Below, one piece after another: positions 50,255 through 63,685 of a DNA stretch of 64,000 bases. This stretch comes from Squalus acanthias. Lineage: Eukaryota. How positions within the stretch are numbered: position 1 is the first letter of the stretch; every line of letters starts with the position of its first letter. The position numbers and the translations under genes are program-made. A model generated the notes under the pieces. It was not told the DNA's origin, ran no database searches, and saw only the letters and a list, made by a program, of their open reading frames with translations. The DNA is taken from contig CM059432.1 of assembly GCA_030390025.1 (NCBI GenBank), forward strand, positions 20,896,001 through 20,960,000. Reading direction: 5' to 3'.

Positions 50255-51790
50255 GGGGGTGGAATTGGGCTCGGTATTGCCCGTTTTTTGGGCGCTACGA
50301 CTGCCCTTAGGGTTTCAAAATGGTGTCAGCGGCACGTGCGCACACTTCTGATGCGAAGTGCGCCAGACGCCATCTTGGTAAAGGGGTTAGCACACACACA
50401 CTTAATGTTCGCCAGAAGTATGCAGAGCAGGCAGATCATGATGTCAATCAGCGTGCAATGCTGAGTTGTCGCCAGTGCTGCTACTTATGAGCGCCACGCT
50501 CCAGCCGACGCCCTTTCTTAACCACACACAGCAGAACACGTGTTAAGCAGCATGAAGGAACCCCCCACCAGCACTATTTAAAGGGATCATCAACTGCTTA
50601 CAGGTTAGTTGCTGGATGATTTCTTCTGGCTGTTGCTACAATTCTATAAGCTTTTTGCTGTTTTCCATAGTTATTTAAAGTTTCAAAAGTGTACAAGGAG
50701 TGGGTGTGGCAGGTGCTGAAGTACTTTTTGCTGACTTCAAGGCTTCTGCACAAACCAGTTGCTCCCAGACATGGGTGCACTATTACGGCCTTCCTCTTGG
50801 AATCGAGAATGACTGGGAGAATGACAGAGGCCACGCAGAGCAGGACAAGCTGCTAGAAGAGGGAGGAGGAGGAGAGGGAGAAGGGCTCTCAGCAGGAGGC
50901 CATATCTGCCCAGGGTGTTCAGGGAGCAATTCTCCGACCTGAACTTCAGCGACGACCAATGTTTGAGACATCTGCGCTTCACTAAAGAAGTTGTCACTGA
51001 AATTTGCCAACTGCTGCAGCCACAACTCCAACCTCAGAGCAGGGCAAGGACCACATTGCCAGTGGCTATGAAGGTGACCGTGGCGATGAACTTTTATGCG
51101 TCTGGCTCCTTGCAGGCTGGTGCTGGAGATATTAGCAGCATGTCGCAGTTTGTAGTGCACTGTTGCATAAGGGAGGTCACTGAGGCTCTCTATTCAAAGA
51201 GTAATAACTTTCTTTCATTCCCTCTTGCCAGAAAGAAGCAGGCGGAGCGAGCACGAGGGTTTGCTAGGATTGCAGGCTTCCCCATGGTGTAGGGTGCCAT
51301 TGAGTGTGTGCACATTGCTTTGCATGCGCCTCGTGTCAACTCTGACATGTACCAGAACCGAAAGGGATTCCACTCCCTCAACGTGCAGCTGGTGTGTGAC
51401 CATAGGCAGCGCATCATGCAGGTCAATGCCCGGTATACTGGCAGCAGTCATGATGCTTTCATTCTGCGCCAGTCCAATATGCCAGCTGTATCTCAGCCAT
51501 CATGCCAAACCAAAGATTGGCTACTGGGTGATGCGGGCTATCCACTGATGACATGGCCCTTCCCGTAAAGGCCAGCACCATCTCCTCCATAGGGGTTAGA
51601 ACAGGCACACCTCTCCCCCTCCTGTTAGTTCCTCCTGCCACCGGTTGTGCGCCACCTTCTCCTGCAAGAGAGAGGGAAGTGTGACAATGAGTGTCGTGCA
51701 ATATATTTGGTGACATGGTTTTCATGATTTAATAGCTGGCAGTGTGTACAAACTGTGAGATGTGGGTGTGAGGCTTGCAGCAGTGCTAAG
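50255..51790 (+). mobile_element. Decayed, formerly autonomous PIF/Harbinger transposon (transposase on +, convergent Myb-gene fragment on -)
   Basis: Probable TIR ggggtggaattggg near 50255; transposase homology followed abruptly by a minus-strand exon (cttgcag|EKVAHNR...TGGG...LTPMEEMVL). Confidence 0.8.
50770..51568 (+). pseudogene. Harbinger (HARBI1-like) DDE transposase pseudogene, 3'-deleted
   Basis: FSDDQCLRHLRFTKE, KVTVAMNFYASGSLQ, GFPMV*GAIECVHI, YQNRKGFHSLNVQLVCD, GSSHDAFIL, WLLGDAGYPL; in-frame stop at 51290. Confidence 0.88.
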
Positions 51791-51794
51791 AAAA

Positions 51795-52109
51795 GAAATA
51801 GGAGCAGGAGTCGGCTATTTGACCCCTCGAGCCTGCTCCGCCATTCAATGAGATCATGGCTGATCTTCTACCTCATCTCCACTTTCCTGCACTATCCCCA
51901 TATCCCTTGATTCCCTTAATATCCAAAAATCTATCGTTCTCTGTCTTGAATATACTCAACGACTGAGCCTCCACAGCTCTCTGGGGTAGAGAATTCCAAA
52001 GATTCACCACCCTCTGAGTGAAGAAATTGCTCCTCAGCTCAGTCCTAAATAACCGACCCCTTATTCTGAGACCCCTGGTTCTAGTCTCCCCAGCCAGGGG
52101 AAACATCCT
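51795..52109 (-). mobile_element. CR1 3' end (left half of a CR1 split by the Penelope insertion)
   Basis: Minus-strand MFPLAGETRTRG...NFFTQRVVNLWNSLPQRAVEA; continues at 54670. Confidence 0.85.
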
Positions 52110-54669
52110 TTCCCTCTCTGACCCCGAACGATCAGTCCTTAGCAAAGACCTGAGCTTCATCCCCTTACGCCCCCATCTCAATGAATTTCGAGCTCGGCAC
52201 GATGCTGAGCTCTTTTTCCGCCGCCTACGTCTCCATGCCCACTTCTTTGGCCAGGAGTCTTCCCCCCGCACAGCTGACCCTTTCTCCCATTTTCAGAACT
52301 CTTGTTCTACCTGGACCCCTCCCTCTGGCCTCTTAACCTCTCTAGATCTTTTCATTGCAAACTGCCAGCGTGACATCGGCCGTCTCAATTTCTCTGTTCC
52401 CCTCACCCACTCCAACCTACCTCCCTCTGAACTTGCAGCACTCCATTCTCTCAGATCCAATCCCAACATTGTCATTAAACCTGCCGACAAGGGTGGTGCT
52501 GTTGTTGTTTGGCGAACTGACCTCTACCTAGCGGAGGCTGAACGCCAACTCTCCGACACCTCCTCCTATCTCCGCCTGGACCATAACCCCACTACTGAAC
52601 ATCAAGCCACCGTTTCCAAGACCGTCACTGACCTCATCTCCTCTGGAGATCTTCCCTCCACGGCCGCCAACCTCATAATTCCCCAACCCCGCACAGCCTG
52701 CTTCTACCTCCTTCCCAAGATCCACAAGCAGGACTGCCCTGGCAGACCCATCGTTTCAGCCTGTTCTTGCCCCACAGAACTATCTCTTCCTATCTCGACT
52801 CTATTTTTTCTCCCCTTGTCCAGTGTCTTCCCACCTACATCCGCAACTCTTCCGACGCCCTCCGTCACTTTAACAGTTTCCAGTTTCCTGGCCCCAATCA
52901 TCTCCTTTTCACTATGGACGTCCAATCCCGCTACACCTCCATCCTCCACCAGGATGGCCTGAGGGCGCTCCGCTTCTTCCTTGAACAGAGGCCCAACCAG
53001 TCCCCATCCACCACCACCCTCCTCTGCCTGGCTGAACTTGTTCTCACATTGAACATCTTCTCCTCTGACTCCACTCACTTCCTCCAAATTAAAGGTGTTG
53101 CTATGGGAACCCGCATGGGTCCCAGCTATGCCTGTCTTTTCATGGGCTATGTGGAACATTCTTTGTTCCAGTCCTACTCAGGTCCCCTCCCTCACCTGTT
53201 TTTCCGGTACATTGATGACTGTATCGGTGCTGTTTCCTGCTCTCGCCCTGAACTAGAAAATTTAATTCACTTTGCTTCCAATTCCACCCTTCCCTCACCT
53301 TCACATGGTCCATCTCCGACTCTTCCCTTTCCTTCCTCGACTTCTCTGTCTCCATCTCTGGGGATAGGCTATTGACAAACATTCACTACAAGCCCACTGA
53401 CTCCCACAGCTACCTGGACTACACTTTCTCCCACCCCGCTTCCTGTAAGGACTCTATTCCATTCTCCGAGTTTCTCCATCTCCACCACATCTGCTCTGAC
53501 GATGCCACCTTCCACACCAGTGCTTCTGACATGTCTTCCTTTTTCCTCAACCGAGGATTCCCCTCTACTGTGGTTGACACAGCCCTTGACCATGTCCGTT
53601 CTATTTCCTGCACTTCTGCTCTCACCCCTTCCCCTCCCTCCTGGAACCTCGATAGGGTTCCCCTTGTCCTCACCTTTCACCCCACCAGCCTCCACATTCA
53701 ACGGATCATCCTCCGCCATTTCGGCCACCTCCAGCATTATCCCACCACCAAACACATCTTCCCCTCACCTCTCAGCATTCCGAAGGGACCGCTCCCTCAG
53801 CGACACCCTGGTCCACTCCTCTATCACCCCCAACACCCCTTCCCCTTCGCCTGGCACCTTCCCGTGCAAGCGCAGGAGATGCAACATATGCCCTTTTACC
53901 TCCACCCTTTCCACTGTCCAAGGCCCCAAACACTCCTTCCAGGTGAAACAGCGATTTACTTGTACTTCTTGAAATTTAGTATACTGTATTCGCTGCTCAT
54001 GATGCGGTCTCCTCCACATTGGGGAGACCAAACGCAGATTGGGTGACCGCTTTGCGGAACACCTCCGTTCAGTCCGTAAGCGTGACCCCGAGCTTCCAGT
54101 CGCCTGTCACTTTAATTCTCCGCTCCACTCCCACTCAGACCTCACCGTCCTCGGCCTCTTGCATTGTTCCAATGAAGCTCAATGTAAGCTCGAGGAACAG
54201 CACCTCTTCTTTCGATTAGGCACTTTGCAGCCTTCTGGACTCAACATAGAGTTCAACAATTTCAGACCATAACCTCTGCCCCTATCCTTTTTTTTCCATT
54301 TATTTTATTTATTTATTTTTTTTCTCTCTCCCACATGGCAGCTGTCTTTCATTCTGCCAGTGCCATTTACACTTCATCTAGAGCCATCTTTTGTTTCTTA
54401 ACTTGTCCCATTACCATCTCCTTTTGCCTTGCACCATCTCTTAATCTCCCTTAATCTTTCCTGCCTTCCATCCTATCACAGACCTTCCCTTTTGTTCTTT
54501 CCTCCCCTCCCACCTTTCCCTGTCCCTGCACTTGCTTAAAAACCTGTTCCATCTCCAGCTTTTTCCAGTTCTGACGAAGGGTCATCGACCTGAAACGTCA
54601 ACTCTGTTTCTCTCTCCACAGATGCTGCCTGACCTGCTGAGTATTTCCAAGCATTTTCTGTTTTTATTA
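52110..54669 (+). mobile_element. 5'-truncated Penelope-like element (Neptune-like): RT + GIY-YIG endonuclease, frameshifted
   Basis: KPADKGG, FYLLPKIHK..PGRPIVS, TMDVQS, GVAMGTRMGPSYA, FRYIDD, HYKPTD, Cys linker CKRRRCNIC, VYCIRC...IGETKR, RFAEH; 12-bp TSD gggaaacatcct (52098-109, 54670-81). Confidence 0.92.
54567..54603 (+). ncRNA. Minimal type I hammerhead ribozyme in the Penelope 3' terminal repeat
   Basis: agtt-CTGACGA-a-gggtc/atc/gacct-GAAA-cg-TC-aact: intact core, stem I agtt/aact, GUC cleavage triplet ending at 54599. Confidence 0.8.
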
Positions 54670-55030
54670 GGGAAACATCCTCCCTGCTTCTACCCTGTCA
54701 AGCCCTGTAAGAATTTTGCATGAGATCACCTCTCATTCTTCTAAACTAGAGAATATAGACCTAGTCTACTCAATCTCTCCTCCTAAAACAATCCCCCCAT
54801 CCCAGGAAATAGTCTGCTGAACCTTTGTTGCACTCCCTCTATGGCAAGTATATCCTTCCTTAGGTAAGGAGACCAAAACTGTACACAATACTCCAGGTGT
54901 GGTCTCACCAGGGCCCTATATAATTGCAGTAAGACGTTTTTACTCTTATACTCAAATCCTCTTGTAATAAAGGCCAACATACCATTTGCTTTCCTAATTG
55001 CTTGCTGTACCTGCATGTTAACTTTCGTGA
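54670..55030 (-). mobile_element. CR1 fragment (right half of the split CR1)
   Basis: Minus-strand KANGMLAFI...LYRALVRPHLEYCVQFWSPYLRKDI. Confidence 0.88.
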
Positions 55031-57699
55031 TTCGTTGGCGTGCTGCCTGCATTACATTGAATGCACATGGGGGATTCCCGTGCCCGTTTTCAGGGGCTAT
55101 CCAATTTATTCCCCCGCGTTTCAAATGAACAGCAATGCTGACAAGATAGCTGCAGTATGATTTTGAAAAAAGCCATATTATATAGCAATATAAATGGACA
55201 GCCAGGTAGTGCAGTGTTTCAGTCTTCTGGTTCAGATCACTAACAAATTACTCAAGCCTCATCCTTGTGGTTTACAATTCTGTCCAAACCCCTTGATTGG
55301 ATTGCTTCCTCGCAATGCATTGCTACCCATCCAAGAATTTTCTACTTTGCAGACTTCTTAGATATGCCACTTGGGAGAGGCTTTTCTGAGTGGAAGTAAT
55401 GAAAAACTTGGTTAACTGTTACATTTGCTCTTAAAAGGTTGGCACTTACACACACAGATCAGGCTGATGTAACCCTTCTAATTATACCACAGGCTCATAA
55501 CTGAAAAAGCTAATGTCTGTTTTCTGTATTCAGCATCTTAATTATTACTTGAAAATTCTGTAGCCATTCATTTGCATTTAGATAGATGTTTAAGCAAGAT
55601 GGACTAGTGTTTAGTAATATTGATGTTTCAGGTTGATACTAATGCCAAGAGGCTGCCATAAATGGTGCGTCTCAGTAAACTGCAACACAGATTGCCAAGT
55701 GGCCTTAAAGGGGATTTAAACTTAATGGTAAATTGGTCCAACGAACTATGATTTAAAGCGACATTGGTGTGTTTTATCAAACCATTCTGGATTTTAAAGA
55801 TTAGGAGGTTGCAGTCATGTAATGTGCAGCAACATCTTAATGGGATTAAAGATTTTTAAACACATTTTTCCATCCTTAAGGTAGGTATAATTTAATTTGA
55901 AGACCAGCATTTCTGCATTCCCAACAATGAGCTGTGCTTGACAGAAGCGTTGGTTAGAGAATTGGTGCGACAATGTTGTACCCCTATCTCGGACCCCTGC
56001 TCCATTTGAGTGTTTCTTCCACTGGGAGTGCAGAATCACTGAATTTACCCCAGCGTAAAGATTAAAGTGTGCGACACAGTCATCTATGAGAAGCTGCGCA
56101 TTCTCTTTTAGAATTACCTCAATATTTCTATTTTTTTTTTTAAATAGTGATTGCAGAAATAACAGTAAATATTTAGAGAATTAAAATCTGTCACCTTGGT
56201 CTCTTAAAATGAACTGAAGGACCATAGACAATTTTATACCACTTGCAGAAAGGTCCCTGCGGAGCATGCCAGATACTAAAAGTGACCAATAAAATTTTAC
56301 ACAATGCAGTAGAGCCAATGCACATCTGAAGCAGAACCTAGTGGACCTTAAAAGTAGTTTTCAACAAAACTGAACAATGTATGTTGCAGTTTCTAGAATC
56401 ATCCTGTTGAGTAGCTGTACACAAATACTGTAAATGGTCTTGCTGCTAAACAACGAGTACCCCTTTAATATTCTTCATAGATCTTATTTCTGAAGATATG
56501 GAGGATTCAAAAAAGCAAACAGTGAGAGTCGTGCTTTGCAGACGTGTTTAGAGGAAACTGAAAGATCTAGTGCAGGGATCCTGATCCTGGAAACTATTGT
56601 CTGATTAGTGCCTTGGGACAGTTTTCTACACTACAAGTGCTACATAAATCCAATTGTTGTTGTGCTTGAGAAAATAGGCTTTACTACAGTTTCACAATTG
56701 TTTTTGTGACTACCAGGATGGTAGAAGGTGAACCAGATGTACCTTGATCTTTTTCCGTCTCGCAATTCCTAGGTTTATCTGAACAGAACTGGACGTGTGG
56801 GAGTAGCAGAGTATAATTAAGGACAAGAGCTTGATTGAAGCTTGAAGAGATCACAGGTCTGTCCTTCAGTCAGACTTCTGTTCTTAATTCCATTCCGTCT
56901 TCTCAAAGCTAATTACTGTAACGTGATTAGGTTTACATAAAGATACGATTTGTAGGTTTCCCCATGTAAAATTTTGCTTGACGTCTCTCGGCTTTGGTTG
57001 GCTCGGAGATAAATTGGCAGGCTTTGACACAGTCGTGCACATCAAGAAATTGTTAATAACCCTGCCTGTGGTACTTGTTATGTTTTGGGGTCTTCTTACT
57101 CTGGATTGTTTGGGCTCTCATATCTTAGCGCACTCTCGTGGGTGAGTCCTACCCCCGCCCCCCCTTACCTTCAAAAGTATCTGTCCTTGCCTTCAGATCT
57201 AGGTAAGTCTTCAGTAACGTACACATGAAACAAGAAGCAAACCCTATCTGGTAATTGCTTTTAGCTACCGAACCTATCCTATGCCTCACTTCTGTCTTGA
57301 AAAGTGTTAGAGAATCAAATCAGACCATAAGTTTGAAATATCAAGCCAATTTATTCTACAAAATGTGAACATGCAAGTTAATAACTGTCAAATAATACGG
57401 TTATATATTTATAGTGGACATCCTCCACTACACTTATCCAGTGGACAAAATATTAACAGATTGCGGGGGAGAAGTTGGATCCAACTGCGTCCCTTTATTG
57501 GGCACAGATCAGGAGCAAAAAGCACCAATTGCCTGGTGCTGTCTCCCGCGCCAAGGGCACCTACAACTACGTCCAACGCCATATTGGTGACCAGTAGTCA
57601 CAGACATTCCACAGAGGTGAAACTGCCAGAGTGTGCTGAGTCAGCTCATTTAAGCATCCATTTGCAGTTCTCGAGCACAAATCCCATTTAAAATGGGAA

Positions 57700-57890
57700 T
57701 GCTGTACTGGGAGTGCTTGGAAATTAAAATGCAGTCTTTACAAAGCCAAGTTGTGCTGAAATTTGCAGCAGCAGGCTGAGGGAGCAACAAATAAGTAGAA
57801 AAGTGCTTGGCATAGAATGCCAAATCTCTCTCCCAGCACTGCAGACCAGTGCCACAAGAAGTTCAATGACCTGACAAGGGCGGGCAAGGT
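57700..57890 (+). pseudogene. Degenerate Harbinger Myb-like exon
   Basis: ...AW...QCHKKFNDLTRAGK followed by a gtaaca donor. Confidence 0.5.
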
Positions 57891-58659
57891 AACAGACTGT
57901 CAATCTTCCTTTTCTGCCGTGAGCATCAGCATATTCTTCACCCTCTAAAATTAAGAGCTGTACAACTTAACCCTTCACACTGTACTCTGATTAAGGGGGC
58001 ACTAACTTCAGCTCTGATAGTATGCGTCACCATCTCCCTCACAGCTAATTCCTTCTTCCACTTCAGCAGGGTAATACCACCACATCTTTTATACCAGGTC
58101 TTTTATGCTACGTGGAAGACGGGCCCCAAAATGTTAATGTTTACCTCATTCACTCAATTTTGTTGTATAAGGGCCTAGAAATTCGGATGCTATTCGGAAA
58201 GAGACCCAGGTTTAGTTGAACAAGTTAGTCAAAAGAAAAGGTATCATATAATAAAATTACTATTTTACATTACTGCCCCCAAGATAGAGCGACCACATAT
58301 AGCACACGCTGATGGTTTATCATGACCAGGTATTCTTGCTTTGCTGGCAATGGTGCTCAAGTGCACCTCCAAAAGCCAGATAGAAATCAGGAAGGGTACC
58401 CAATGATAACTGAATTGTGTCAATATATAGAGTATGTTACATATGCAAGCACTTTAATCAGTGAGCCAGACAAACTAAAAGCCCTTAGCATGGATTTTTC
58501 TGAGGGAGGCTTGAAGGCATTTCACGTTGATGAATATGTGACCTTTGTTTGAGACCAAATGGAGATGTGACTGTCAATCCATGGTAGCACTCTGACCAGC
58601 CATGAGAGTGAGATCAAAAAGAACTGGAATAGTCTTCTTTTCCCCCCACAGTTAGTGGG

Positions 58660-59295
58660 CAGGAGTTTCCACTCGGTTGTGCTGGTTTATTTCAGCGCAA
58701 TTCACCTGAAATCGGCCAAACCAGCTCAAGCGTTTGCGAAATTTTAAGCGCAAATTCCGTTCAGTGTAAATCGAGTTTCCGCCATCTTTTGCGCTAGTTT
58801 AAAAAAAATCACACTGGAAGTCGGCCCTGCCCAGAAAACTGGCCATGGCCCCAGATTGAATTAATCACCATTGCGAATTTCCGCTAATTGCACCCATTTG
58901 CGGGCCTTCAAGGAATCTCTTAAAATTAAGCTGTTTTAGGGACACAAATAGACACATTTTAAAAGCTTTTAAATATTACTTTAATTTACGAAGAAAATGA
59001 CTACTGTACACCGATGTAACTAGCAAATGGTTTTGTATAGTTTATTTAAGTAATTTTCAATTATTAAAATCAGGTTACTCACAGGTGGTGGACTAGACAC
59101 TGCTTATTTTTTGTGATAAACCCATTTTCAGCTGTGTTAATAAAGCTGCACCAGGTTACCACTCTTAAATATATCAAGGAATATTTTTGAAATGCAAAAA
59201 TCTTATTTAAAAAAATTACGTTATAAAACATTGCTCAATTGCGCGGGTTCATGGCAGATTGCATGTTCAGCAATATGCAAATGAGTGGAAACTTG
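58660..59295. mobile_element. Probable MITE
   Basis: Inverted termini agtttccactc / gagtggaaact; AT-rich core. Confidence 0.5.
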
Positions 59296-61312
59296 AGGGG
59301 GAAAAAAAATTCTCAAAACTAGCGCAATTTGTGCATGGTTCGTCGATTGTGCCCAAAGCAGAAACTCTTGTCTTTTGATGTGCAGCAGCCTCTAGTTCAT
59401 TTACAAAATGAAGAAAATTTGTGCTAGTAAGAGAAATCATTTTGCACAATATTTTCATTTTAATTAAATTGACCTTTAGGGCAAAATGTCATGATACAAT
59501 ATTCGAGAAACTTTCAGCAATAAAATTACTTCGTACTCAAAATTATAATCTTCAAGAACAAAGCAGTTTTCTGCTAACTGACCCAAACCCAAAAGAATTA
59601 GCTTTTCAAGAGTCACATGGTGAAATGCATCACAAGGTACATTACTGGGTTTATGCATTGAGGGGGTGGATCAGTGAAAGTCCTGCAATCATTAATTGTG
59701 CCTCCTACTACAAACTTTTCATATTTGATTAAAACTAACACTAAATGACAAAAAAAATAAAACTTTGCATTGTAGCACTTCCAGGGGTTGAAATTTCTCT
59801 TTTAATATTTGTTTTGGTCAGTTGGATGCCTGATGTGCATGGAACCCTATCATGATATTTAAGTCTTCAAACTAGGCAACTGAACAATCCCCACAGAAGA
59901 GTTTGTGTGTACACATTGTCCCCACTGGGACTTACCCAAGTTCAGAGAGTTTAGGCTCAAGTTGGCAAGAGCCAAAATTGAGTGATCCTCAACTGAGGAG
60001 GTTAACCATCTAAAATGACAAAGCTTACCAGAATAGAGCAAAGGTAAGCTTCCCACTGCTTGTCAAGCCTGGGCTACCATTAGGACACTGGCATGCAGGG
60101 TTATCCTGAGCAAAGTGGGAAGAATCTCAGTCCACAGTGACAGATCTACCCTTCTGGCTTCCCTTGATGAGCCAAGTTGGCTAGTTAACCACCTACAACG
60201 TCTTGACCTCATGAAGACTATTACTGACATAGCTTTCACCCTGTCAGCAACTTCATGCCAGGCACTTTGGCAATGCTCAAGCACTGCATCCACAAATCGC
60301 TTTCATTTGAGTCCATGCAGAGCCATTGTGCAACAAGGTCTCAATGTTCTGAAAGAGTTTGGGCCGCACCCATCAAGCAGCCTGCATGACATGGGTAAGG
60401 CAATCGCCAAAAGCAAATGCCAGAAGTTGTGGAAGGTGATGTAGTAGCCTCAGCAAGTGTCAGACATGGATACTTGTACCGCAGCTATGGAAGCCTTGGG
60501 TGACAATGGAGGAAACTGTTGTGATATCTGGCTTTGACTCATTATGCTCAAGAATGGAGATTGCTCTGAAGCAAGAGCTCCACATGAGCGCATCTTTCTA
60601 TGCTCCAGCAGACTAGTGCACATTGAGGTGTGGCAGCGGACAGAGCTCTAATTGGGATAAGTGAGCAGTCGTCAATAACATAATATTAGACATTAATGAC
60701 AATAAATTTTGTTTCTCGATAAGAAAATGTGGGATAAAGCTACAAACTAGAGCTGACGTGCTATCACCAAGTTTTCTGCCCCTCTTAACACCAATTTCTA
60801 TGGGCAGAGCAGTGGACAATATTTTTTATAAAATGTCATATCGCAACAATAACAAATGAGTTCAATGGAGAGTAAAATTGGGGACTGGATGTAAAACGAA
60901 CATCCGACTCGAACCTGCCACTCCCTGTGAGGCGCGTTAGCTTAAAATTACCCCGAAGGAGAAGGCAAGATGAAGAAACATTTTTCAATTGCTTTTACCA
61001 TTTGTTTCTGATAAATTTTACAGTAATACAGCTACTGCTGATGTTTAAGTAGCTTTATTACTGCAATGTTACTTTTGGGTTACCGTGTGAGCTGTAACAT
61101 CATTTCTTTTTTTAAATGGTTGGCTTTGGGCTCCAGAATCTTCCCTGGACCTGTCTAGTTTGAGGATTAGAGATGTGCAGTATCAAATATGCCAACCGTC
61201 TGTATTTCTCATAGAAGTTAACGTTGTGAACCTGGTGACCACTTGTCTGTGATTGCGGACGGTAATTGACACAGAATTTTGTTATCCAGTGCCATCACCA
61301 CAAGATGCTCGG

Positions 61313-62528
61313 CGGGGGGGGATTTTAACTCCAAAACACGGGTGGGTTGGGTTCGTGTGGGAATTTAAAGGGTTAGCAATCTGAATCCCACCCAGATCCC
61401 GCCTCCAACCCACCCACTTCCAGTTTTAACAGAGGCGGGACGGGGGTGGGCAGCCAATCCGCTGCCAGGAGGCAGGCCGTCTGTCCATTTCAATATTATA
61501 ATGAGGCTGGCATGCCTCAGATTTAACCTCCACTATAAATTTAACTGCAGCTGGTCGGGTTTTGCAGGCCTCGTGAAACCCGACAGCTAATGGAAGGCAA
61601 GGACTGCTGGATCCAGGAGGTAAGTACCTTTACACTTACGTCCCTGCCTAATCCACCCCCCCCGTGATCGGAGACCCCCCCTCCCCCCCCCATGAGGCCT
61701 TACCCCTCCCATGCTCCTCCGGCTCCCCAATCATGTTGCTGCTGGCCCCTGATCCCGTGCTGAGGATTTGATAGAGATGTTCAAAATCATGAGGGGTCTA
61801 GACAGAGTAGATAGAGAGAAACTGCTCCCATTGGTGGAAGGATCGAGAACCAGAGGGCACAGATTTAAGGTGATTGGCAGAAGAACCAAAGGCGACATGA
61901 GGAAAAACTTTTTTACGCAGCGAGTGGTTAGGATCTGGAATGCACTGGCTGGTGGAGGCAACTTCAATTGGGCTTTCAAAAGGGAATTGGATAAGTACCT
62001 GAAGGAAAAAAAATTGCAGGGCTACAGGGAAAGGGCAGGGGGAGTGGGACTATTTGAAGTGCTCTTGCAGAGAGCCGGGACGGGCCGAATGGCCTCCTTC
62101 TGTGCTGTAATCATTCTATGATTCTATGCTCCTGGTGCCGCTCCTGGCCCTCTGAATATCACCCCCCTGGCCCCCCCACCCTGCTCCTCCAGCCCTCTGA
62201 TGATCACCCCGGCCCCCAGGCAATCCTCCAGCCCTCCAATGATCACCCCCGGCAGCCCCCCCTGCTCTTCCTGCCCGCCCGCCGATCGTTCCCAACCGCC
62301 CCCCTGCTCTTCCAGCCAACCCTCCCTCCCCTCTGCGGCCTAGTGCTGCAGGCCTATTCGCCCGCAGCCAGCCAGCCTCTAAATCTGGCTGGCTGCGGGT
62401 GGGAAACAGAGGCTTCCCATGCAAATCAGGCCCTGACGTTAAATTTGTGTTTTCCCGGGTTTCCCGACCACCTGCGAGCCCCCCCCACACCCCACTCCCA
62501 ACCCTCCACCCGATTAAAATTCAAGCCG
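61313..62528. mobile_element. GC-rich non-autonomous DNA element with a nested CR1 3' fragment (about 61763-62128) and C-rich tandem repeats
   Basis: Termini gattttaa / ttaaaatt; CR1 translation LIEMFKIMRGLDRVDREKLLPL; attctatgattctatg tail. Confidence 0.6.
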
Positions 62529-63231
62529 ATGGCTCAGTTACAGTGCTCTGCTGTGATGCGTGGGTCTTGTACATACGGAAAGAGACTGAAGTGACGGTGG
62601 CGATTTTGGGAGCAGCATCACCACAAGGACTACAGCGGTTCGAGGATAACACCCACCACCATCTCCTGAGGGGTAGTATTTGCAGCCTTCCCAGTATCGC
62701 CCACCTCCTGAGAACAAATAATAAAGAGATTAAACTTGTCCTGCAGCGCAGCTTTTTATGGACTGCTACTGTATAATTAACACAGCTCTGGTGGGATTCA
62801 GCAAAGGCAGGTACTTATAATTAGATTCATTTGATGGGGCATGACGAGGAGTCGGAGACAAAAAGCAGAAGCTACGGAATGGGAAATGTTGCAAGTAGTT
62901 CACAGCAGGTGCGCATCGTGATATAAATTTCAAGTCAGCGTTGCTAGACAACAAAGTAACCATGTAGGTGGAAACTCTGGTGGGGAGCTGAAGGGAAGGT
63001 TCTGAGTAAGTGGTGTTTGCTGACAGTTTGGCACTTGATTCATTTCAGGTGACGCAGTCCAAACCTACTCTTCTCCCTGTAATGCGCGCAGGACTATGAA
63101 ACGCAGCTGCCAAGTATGATCGTAGCATGTACGTGATGAATATGTTTAATTGCCCTAGGTCAAATCATGTTTTCTGCTTGGGTGTTGTCAGCTGGATTGA
63201 ATCCAATATTTTTTATTCTTCAATGTGAATT

Positions 63232-63685
63232 AGAAAAGACTTGCATTTATATAGCGCCTTTCATGACCAACAGATGTCTCAAAGTGCTTTACAGCCAATG
63301 AAGTACTTTTGAAGTGTAGTCACTGTTGTAATGTAGGAAACACGGCAGCCAATTTGCTGACAGTTTGGATAGCTCCCACAAACAGCAATGTGAAAATGAC
63401 CAGATGATCTGTTTTTTTGTTATGTTGGTTGAGGGAGAAATATTGGCCAGGACATTGGCGATAACTCCCCTAATCTTCTTCGAAATAGTGCCATGGGATC
63501 TTTTACGTCCACCTCAGAGAGCAGACGGGGCCTCGGTTTAACATCTCATCCGAAAGACGGCACCTCCCTCAGCACTGCACTGGAGTGTCAGCCTAGCTTT
63601 ATGTGCTCAAGTCTCTGGAGCGGGGCTTGAACCCACAACCTTCTGACTCAGAGGCGAGTGTGCTACCCACTGAGCCACAGCTGAC
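63232..63685 (-). mobile_element. Near full-length Deu-type tRNA SINE
   Basis: Minus-strand head gtggctcagtgggtagcacactcgcctctgagtcagaaggttgtgggttcaagcccc (A and B boxes); homologous to 13-438. Confidence 0.8.

Noticed and set aside
50770..51568. Domesticated host gene HARBI1
   Set aside because: In-frame stop, altered first catalytic motif (GAIEC), truncation and transposon context indicate a dead transposase.
52018..52109. N-terminus of the 314-aa Penelope ORF
   Set aside because: This part is antisense CR1 sequence upstream of the TSD and is in frame only by chance.
60060..60620. Possible Harbinger Myb/transposase relic (AWHEVADRV; RAIVQQGLNVLK)
   Set aside because: Motifs are too short and on mixed strands to call without a profile search.
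61137..61200. Possible next ADGRB1 exon after a ctccag acceptor-like site
   Set aside because: In the required phase it reads IFPGPV then stop, with no GPS Trp/Cys pattern.
62140..62330. Short spaced C-rich repeats resembling an array
   Set aside because: Degenerate low-complexity tandem repeat inside a transposon; no unique spacers or cas genes, so not CRISPR.
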